NCBI GenBank assembly: GCA_964016885.1
Contig: OZ024745.1
Span: forward strand, 92,070,001-92,134,000
Length of the DNA: 64,000 nt
Direction: 5' to 3'
Source: Eledone cirrhosa
Lineage: Eukaryota
Each line of letters starts with the position of its first letter. The first letter of the stretch is position 1. The notes beneath the pieces were generated by a model. It was not told where the DNA came from, searched no databases, and worked only from the letters and a program-made list of their open reading frames with translations. The translations under genes were made by a program, and so were the position numbers. Below are positions 57,645 through 64,000 of the stretch, piece after piece.

Positions 57645-57797
57645 TCTCCTGTACCTGTGAAGCTGTCTCATTTTCAATCAGTACTTAAAAAAATTATGCC
57701 ATCTTTAACGAAAGGAAATGTGATAACATTAGATTCAAGGCCAGTTGCATGGGATGATATAGGTGGGCTTGAAGACGTAAAGCACGAAATCCAGCAG
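57645..57797 (+). CDS. SPATA5L1: Internal coding exon of AAA+ ATPase AFG2B/SPATA5L1-like (end of D1 lid, D1-D2 linker)
   Basis: Acceptor ttcttcaaattatccag|, 153 bp encoding SPVPVKLSHFQSVLKKIMPSLTKGNVITLDSRPVAWDDIGGLEDVKHEIQQ, donor CAG|gtaagc. WDDIGGLEDVK is the CDC48/AFG2-family motif at the start of D2. Phase 0 at both ends. Confidence 0.9.
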
Positions 57798-58173
57798 GTA
57801 AGCATATACTTATTGTTGTACTTGTATAACAAACTGAGCTATTTAATATTTAGAGTATTAATCACTATTTGAAGATTTCAGAATTTTACAGTACTCTAAA
57901 CTTTGCAAACTTATGTATTTTATCAGCTGAAGTTTGTAACGATAATAATTATTTTGTTGGGACATAGTTTTTTTTGTTTTTTTTTACAGATCTAAGTAGT
58001 AATTAGCTTCTGTAAAAAAACTTTATAATAATCCTTTTGATACTAAAGTGCCTGAAACTCTTCTGGATTTATGATATCTAACTGCTAATTTTAAAATGTT
58101 TATTCTTATATTAAATCTTTCCATCACAATTTAAAAAAAAATGTTGTCAAGTAATGTTCTCAAGTAATGTCAA

Positions 58174-58236
58174 GGGCGGTGCTCCAGCATGGCCTCAGCC
58201 GGATGGCTGAAACAGGTAAAAGAGTAAAAGAGTAAA
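58174..58236 (+). mobile_element. 3' end fragment of a SINE with short tandem tail
   Basis: ggcggtgctccagcatggcctcagccggatggctgaaacagg followed by (taaaagag)2 tail. Resembles a SINE 3' end I recall from octopus; not searched. Confidence 0.45.
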
Positions 58237-58287
58237 TATCAGCTTATTAATAAAAAAAATTTATTTTGTTAAATTCCTCCAATGTGA

Positions 58288-58358
58288 AATAGTATCTTGC
58301 TCAAGGACACAATGCACCACCTGGTCCAGGAATTGAACTCACAACCTCATAAGTTTGA
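58288..58358 (-). mobile_element. tRNA-derived SINE head fragment
   Basis: Reverse complement gives gaggttgtgagttcaattcctgg (B-box) followed by gtgtccttgagcaagatact, a motif typical of V-/Meta-type SINEs. Confidence 0.55.
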
Positions 58359-58500
58359 TTCCTAAGCAAGGAAAATAGACGTTAAACAGCGATGATGATA
58401 TATGTATATATTGTTCATTGTTTTTACATCCACTATTCCATGTTGGCATGGGTTGGATAGGTTGCTTTGAGACAGTGTTTTACAGCCAGATGCTCTTAAA

Positions 58501-58850
58501 TAATAATGAAAATCATTGTGTATAGTGCTCATCAAAGGTGCATGTATATTAACATAGAATAATATACAAATGTCAGGAAAGTGAACAGTGCACGAGTCGT
58601 AATACACACACACACATGCGTGTGTATGGAGGGGGGGGGGGGGGGTATCAGGTGTAGTGTTGGCGAATTTTGGGAAGCATGGAAGTTTTGAAGAATGCAG
58701 TCTCCTGACAGCTAACAACTGATGCAGGTAGTTTGTTCCATGCAACTCTGAGCATTAAAAATATGTTTCTGAAAGTCATGTGAGCTGTACTGTTTTCTGA
58801 TTTTGTAAGCATGTCCACAGGTGTTAGACATGGAATTCTAAAAGGTGCCC
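58501..58850 (-). mobile_element. 5'-truncated CR1/L2-clade LINE 3' end (degenerate ORF2 C-terminus plus 3' UTR)
   Basis: Minus strand reads ...SNTCGHAYKIRKQYSSHDF... then, after a frameshift, WNKLPASVVSCQETAFFKTSMLPKIRQHYT* (stop at 58650-58648). This matches the TRGH..K and WN.LP..VV...FK motifs of CR1-type ORF2 termini. Ends in an (att)n tail near 58501. Confidence 0.7.
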
Positions 58851-59621
58851 AGGATTGTTGTTGGAGTTACCTCTTATGACATGGAGAGATATGGTGTACC
58901 TATTCTAAAAGCCAGGATAGAAGATATGTTAGCTCATTAACTTGCTGGTAAGAAAGATAGAATAGAATTGAGACAAATTAAGAGATTCGTTCAAATCTCT
59001 TAAAGAGATTCATGCCAGCGTGAACAAAAATGGTTATTGAAATAATGTTGATTGTTATTATTTGAAAGGAAGGGCAGTAGATTGGCAGAATCAGTTGGAC
59101 GATAATGAAATGTCTTTAAACCATATTTCTAATGAAAGACTCTACCTTATAATTTTCAAATAACTTTGAAAATAATCAAGAATTTGAAGGGATTTATTAA
59201 TATAACTTTGTCATTATTAAGACTAGCAGAAAAACCCAAACCACCCCACGGGTGATTTTCTGCTAGCATGTGTAGTGTGTATATTGATATTATACACATA
59301 TATATGCATGTAATAAAATCGTAATTGACAATATACACAGAAATTGAACAAAGCCTATGTTACACTGTTTTCTGTAATCAGTAATCCATGTTATATTAAA
59401 AAAAAGACGACATTATATATAAACTGCATTAGGAGAAAATTAGCGACGGAAATATATGCGATTATAAGTGTTATAATATAACGGCCGCTAACCGGAAGTG
59501 TTGACATTTGATAATTTTAAAGAAGTGAATTTTAAAGATTAAGCTCTAAAATATATTTAATCAACAGCCACGAAATTTAGCACATAAATTATGTAATATT
59601 CATTCATTATTTATTCAAAGT

Positions 59622-59684
59622 CGATAAAATAAAGTACCAGTAATGCACTGGGTAATTGCTGGCCTTGTGCCTAAAGTAGAAACA
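59622..59684 (+). mobile_element. 5'-truncated SINE with perfect 16-bp target-site duplication
   Basis: cgataaaataaagtaccagtaatgcactgggtaattgctggccttgtgcctaaagtagaaaca, flanked by attatttattcaaagt at 59606-59621 and 59685-59700. Confidence 0.85.
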
Positions 59685-60014
59685 ATTATTTATTCAAAGT
59701 AATCCAACTTATTTTACAAACGGGGTAAAAAAATATATTTTGGACGCAATCCCGCAGACCTTCTTTTATTATAGTTAAGATATGGTGTTTGGAACATAAC
59801 TTAACAAAGGTTCTTAGATAAAATTATGATGGAAGATCTTTAGATAAATTTAAACACTTTACAATAGACAGTTTTGTATCTTAAAGCCACGTGGCTTGGT
59901 ATCAAATGGGTTAAAGAAAATTTTATGACATTTTTTTTTTAGGTGATGTTGGTCATTTTTGTTAAATATTGAAATAATTTTGATTTTATTTATCTTAATT
60001 TGTTTATTTTTCAG

Positions 60015-60224
60015 ACTATAGAATGGCCTTTGAAGTATTCAGAAAAATTTCAGAAATTGAACTTAACTTATCCCCATGGGATACTCTTAATTGGTCCTCC
60101 TGGTTGTTGTAAAACTACATTAGTGACCACAGCTGCTCATGCAACTAACACAGTTTTCATGTCACTAACAAGTGCACAGCTTTATTCTCCCTATGTTGGA
60201 CATTCTGAGACACTCCTGACTGAG
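60015..60224 (+). CDS. SPATA5L1: Internal coding exon of AFG2B/SPATA5L1-like, D2 Walker A and pore loop
   Basis: Acceptor tttatttttcag|, 210 bp encoding TIEWPLKYSEKFQKLNLTYPHGILLIGPPGCCKTTLVTTAAHATNTVFMSLTSAQLYSPYVGHSETLLTE, donor GAG|gtgaga. GPPGCxKTTLV and LYSPYVG fit SPATA5L1 better than SPATA5 (KTMIA, LMNKYVG) or p97. Confidence 0.93.
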
Positions 60225-60281
60225 GTGAGACTTTTACTTTATTTTGTCATCATCATCATATTTCCATTTCCCCCCTCTCGT

Positions 60282-60460
60282 ATCATCATCCATTTTCTAT
60301 ACTAGCATGGGTTAGACGAGCTGTCCTGTTGTGAGACAAGCCAAGATCAGGTGACCATGTCTTGCTCATACAGAACTGGTTCTGGCTTGGTTTCTATGAC
60401 TGGATGCCCTTCCTAATGCCTACCACATTTACAGTATGAACAGGGTGCTTTTTGTCATGA
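60282..60460. mobile_element. Degenerate interspersed retroelement fragment (RTE-like 3' end or derived SINE, probably minus strand)
   Basis: atcatcatccattttctatactagcatgggttagacg...ggtttctatgactggatgcccttcctaatgcc. A related sequence lies at about 58420-58497 (catccactattccatgttggcatgggttgga...ttacagccagatgctct). Confidence 0.5.
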
Positions 60461-60830
60461 CACCTACATGACCACTTTACAGTGTGGGCTGGGTGCTTTT
60501 TGTCGTGACACCTACATGACCACTTTACAGTGTGGACTGGGCACTTTTTGTTGTGACAACTACATGACCACTTTACAGTGTGGGCTGGTTTCTTTTTGTC
60601 GTGACACCTACATGACTACTTTACAGTGTGGGCTGGGTGCTTTTTGTCGTGACACCTACATGACTACTTTACAGTGTGGGCTGGGTGCTTTTTGTTGTGA
60701 CACCTACATGACCACTTTATAGTGTGGACTGGGCGCTTTTTGTTGTGACACCTACATGACCACTTTACAGTGTGGGCTGGTTTCTTTTTGTCGTGACTAC
60801 TTTACAGTGTGTACTGGGTGCTTTTTGTCA
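60428..60830 (+). repeat. Second, unrelated 48-bp minisatellite, about 8 units
   Basis: tttacagtgtgggctgggtgctttttgtcgtgacacctacatgaccac repeated; one unit near 60795 has an internal deletion. Confidence 0.95.
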
Positions 60831-61160
60831 TATATTAAATTTTATTTGAAGACAATTTTTTTCGTTATTAACTAATTTGATTTATTTATGTAAATCTCAC
60901 TTGTGATTTGTTTTTTGTCTTTTGTTGTAAACTTTTGAAATATGTTTTTTGAACAAAATGTAGAGTTTCCCCACCCTTTCAATTTGTGTTCTTCAGTCTC
61001 AAATTCGTCTTCGTTAATTTCAATTTTGTCTTTACTGTAGGAGGCATTGATATCAGTGATTACTTGCCGTTGTATTGTAAAATAATATAAACGTCTTTTT
61101 TGTCTTCCTTACTTCCTTTCTTTTTCCTTTCCTTTTTTCTTTTTATATGAAGAAATTGTT

Positions 61161-61388
61161 ATACCCTACATTACTGTAAATATACATACATTTATGTAAA
61201 GCTATATATTATACTATATACCATACATTACTGTAAATACATACATTTATGTAAAACTATATATTATATTATATACCCTACATTACTGTAAATATACATA
61301 CATTTATGTAAAGCTATATATTATACTATATACCCTACATTACTGTAAATATACATCCATTTATGTAAAACTATATATTATTCTATAT
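61161..61388 (+). repeat. 55-57-bp AT-rich tandem repeat, 4 units
   Basis: cattactgtaaa starts at 61169, 61226, 61281 and 61338. Units alternate gtaaagctat / gtaaaactat, suggesting a duplicated dimer. Confidence 0.92.
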
Positions 61389-61599
61389 GTTACATGACAA
61401 AGTCAAAAACGATCAGCATCTGTTTAATATTTTATTCATTATTCACATTTCTTTTACTCTCAACAAAATTCTAAAATATCTGGCTCAATACATTTATCAC
61501 CAGACAAATTTGAGATTAACGTTGACGAATTTAAATTTGAGGTTGACAATGCTGAAAAAGGTATTGATAATGACAAATTTGTACAGATTTCATTATATA

Positions 61600-61810
61600 A
61601 GTTGATTGGTAGTATCAGTGCAGTCTTGGACACGGTGTTTCGCGACATAGATTTGCGGCCCTTTATATTCTGATTTCAAATCGCCCCGAGGTTAGCTTTG
61701 CCTTTCATTCTCACGAGGTTGATAACATAAAGTACCAGTAACACACAGGGTTCGATTTAATCGACTGACCCCTCCGCTTGAAATTGCTGGCCTTGTGCCT
61801 AAATCAGAAT
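61600..61810 (+). mobile_element. tRNA-derived SINE (Nin/Deu-domain-like), near full length
   Basis: ttggtagtatcagtg...ttctgatttcaaatcgccccgaggttagctttgcctttcattctcacgaggttgataacataaagtaccag...gctggccttgtgcctaaatcagaa. Confidence 0.8.
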
Positions 61811-62054
61811 GTTCTTTAGACAGGAGTTATCTCCATTTGCAATATTTGGTTTCAGTCACAAATTAAATTTAATTGTTGACAATTTCTCTGGTTTTATTTA
61901 ATTTTCCCAGTTCAGAACTATATAAGATGCTAACAATTATTTCGGGTGGGATAGGATTGTGCTGAATTTATACGTAGATACTCATTTTATGTGACTTAGG
62001 AAATGAAAACTACGGTTTTGTTCTAGAATTGTATTCATCTTCTTCAATTATAAT

Positions 62055-62242
62055 TGTTTCTACTTTTGGCACAAGGTCAACAATTACACCAGTGCATTAC
62101 TGGTGCTTTATTTTATTGACCCCGTAAGGATGAAAGGCGAGTTAACCTTGGCGGGATTTGAACCTAGAACGTAAAGGGCCATAACTCTATGTTGCAAAGC
62201 ATGGTGTCTGATGCTCTACCGATACTGCCAATTCACTGCATT
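62055..62242 (-). mobile_element. Same SINE family, inverted, with target-site duplication
   Basis: Reverse complement: gcagtgaattggcagtatcggtagagc...ggttcaaatcccgccaaggttaactcgcctttcatccttacggggtcaataaaataaagcaccag...gaccttgtgccaaaagtagaaaca. Flanked by tcaattataat at 62044-62054 and 62246-62256. Confidence 0.85.
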
Positions 62243-62279
62243 TCCTCAATTATAATGATGACTTTTTTTTCACTTGTAG

Positions 62280-62516
62280 TTATTTACGAGAGCACGAGCC
62301 TGTGCACCAGCTATCATCTTTCTTGATGAACTGGATGCATGTTTTGGCAAACGATCTGATAGCGGTTCCGGTGACAGTTGTAGTGTAAAAGATCGTTTGT
62401 TGTCCACATTACTCAATCAAATGGATGGCATTGGAGTGAAATTAGATGATGTTCAACATTCAACATCTACTGTACAACCTATTACCTCAAACACCACAAA
62501 TACTGAAGCTCCTATT
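62280..62516 (+). CDS. SPATA5L1: Internal coding exon of AFG2B/SPATA5L1-like, D2 Walker B (not in the supplied ORF track)
   Basis: Acceptor ttttttttcacttgtag|, 237 bp encoding [79 protein letters not shown], donor |gtaagt. Contains Walker B IIFLDE and [12 protein letters not shown]. Phase 0 continues from the previous exon. Confidence 0.92.
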
Positions 62517-63594
62517 GTAAGTTTTATCAATCTTTCTTAACAATTTTCATAATCCTTGCATTGGCATTCAACCTCCTAATGCATGATTCTATAACTGCTG
62601 TGGCATTAACCCTTTAGCATTTACATTACTCTATATACATTTTTGTATTTTCGCAGTAAAGGCTTTATGTCACATAATATTGAATCTATGAGATTTTGAT
62701 ATTATTTATTTTGAGTACAATACCATAACATCAGTATGAGCAGCTGGTTACAGCCATTTTGAGCAGAAAGAGGTGAGAGAATTCAGGTCAGTTATGGCTG
62801 GTTTTAATGCTAAAGGGTTAATTCAGAATGATTTCACACCAAATCCAGGATTTCAGTTCTTACTTATCAATAAGATAAATATGTTTTAAAAATAAGTTGC
62901 TTTGTTTCTTGGTTGCTTTCTTTTTTTTATTTTTTTAGTCTACCATATTTTTCGGAATATAAGACACAACCTTATGTTGAAGAAAAAAGTTAATATTCAG
63001 CTCTACTTATATATAGTTTGTGTTTTGTATATTATTAGTATTGTATTCATATATTTGATATAGTGAGTGGAAGTAGATTTTGACAATCAAATTTAGGTAT
63101 AAAAGTGATGTGTTTATCTACCAGAATGGTATGTGAAGGCTGAGGTAGTTGCTGGCTAAAGTAGAACAAATTGTCGTGATGTCTGATAGAATTAAGGGAA
63201 TGTTGAATGTAGAACATGAGAGTAGGATTGCAACATAGAGAGCAATCTAGTTCTTGAAGATGCAGAGGAGATATAACAGTGTAAGAAGCTGAAGAAACAA
63301 TAAAAAAGATGAAGAAAAGTGTGACAGTTGTGGGAGATGTGTTAAAGGCCGCAGTGTGAAAACCCCTTTGTTATCCTCTTTCTAATGAAATGAACTGTAT
63401 TTCAATAACTTTATACCTGTGTATAAATCTATCCCTTATTTTATGTCTGTGAAACAGGCAAAATTCCAAATCCTGTGTATAAACTGAGGCAGCGAATGAT
63501 CACATTATGTTTAGATGGTACAGTTTTGAAATTCTTATGGGTGGAGAATATATTTATGAAGTTTTGATATTTAACCTTCCTACAACCATCAATA

Positions 63595-64000
63595 TATTAT
63601 TTCTGCTACAAACATCAGTGTATTATTTCTGCTACGAACAGTGTATTATTTCTGCTACAAACAGTGTATTATTTCTGCTACAAACAGTCTATTATTTCTG
63701 CTACAAACAGCGTAATATTTCTGCTACAAACAGCGTAATATTTCTGCTACAAACAGTGTATTATTTCTGCTACAAACAGTGTATTATTTCTGCTACAAAC
63801 AGCGTAATATTTCTGCTACAAACAGTGTATTATTTTTGCTACAAACATTAGTGTATTATTTCTGCTACAAACATTAGTGTATTATTTCTGCTACAAACAT
63901 TAGTGTAATATTTCTGCTACAAACATTAGTCTATTATTTCTGCTACAAACATTAATGTAATATTTATGCTACAAACATTAATGTAATATTTATGCTACAA
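63595..64000 (+). repeat. 23/26-bp minisatellite running off the right edge
   Basis: tattatttctgctacaaacagtg (23 bp) switching to tattatttctgctacaaacattagtg (26 bp) after about 63830. Confidence 0.96.

Noticed and set aside
58362-58745. 127-aa minus-strand ORF
   Set aside because: It is an off-frame reading of the CR1-type remnant, its UTR and simple repeats.
59156-61648. Short ORFs at 59156, 60468, 61387 and 61460
   Set aside because: They are AT-rich intronic or minisatellite-derived, with no protein motifs or supporting splice context.
63125-63128. Possible 4-nt microexon (ccag|AATG|gtatgt)
   Set aside because: It would break the phase-0 frame and has no other support; probably chance.
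63180-63360. Purine-rich stretch as the next ATPase exon
   Set aside because: It has stop codons and no ATN/RPGR motifs. It may be a decayed LINE fragment but is too degenerate to call.
63507-63851. 114-aa ORF
   Set aside because: It is a translation of the 23-bp minisatellite.

Overview
AT-rich eukaryotic (animal) genomic DNA. The interspersed repeats resemble families I recall from Octopus/coleoid cephalopods (inference, not searched). Bases 1-55394 are one tandem array of a 48-bp unit (about 1,150 copies, continuing off the left edge), consensus GTAAGTTATATTACTCTG[T/C]CTGAGTATCAAACAGCTCCACTAGATACA. The remaining 8.6 kb holds three GT-AG, phase-0 coding exons of a two-domain AAA+ ATPase most like SPATA5L1/AFG2B (57645-57797, 60015-60224, 62280-62516). 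The introns contain a complete non-autonomous Helitron, several SINE copies, a CR1-type LINE 3' end and four more minisatellites. Main observation: the satellite unit appears to be the amplified exon/intron junction of this same gene. Each unit is about 43 nt of open, exon-like sequence (YITL[S/P]EYQTAPLDT) followed by a GTAAGT donor. The donor is phase 0, matching the next exon, and the last copy runs directly into ordinary intron sequence. The gene would then carry on the order of a thousand tandem candidate 5' splice sites, 16 codons apart. The upstream end of the array is outside the window, so this origin is inferred.
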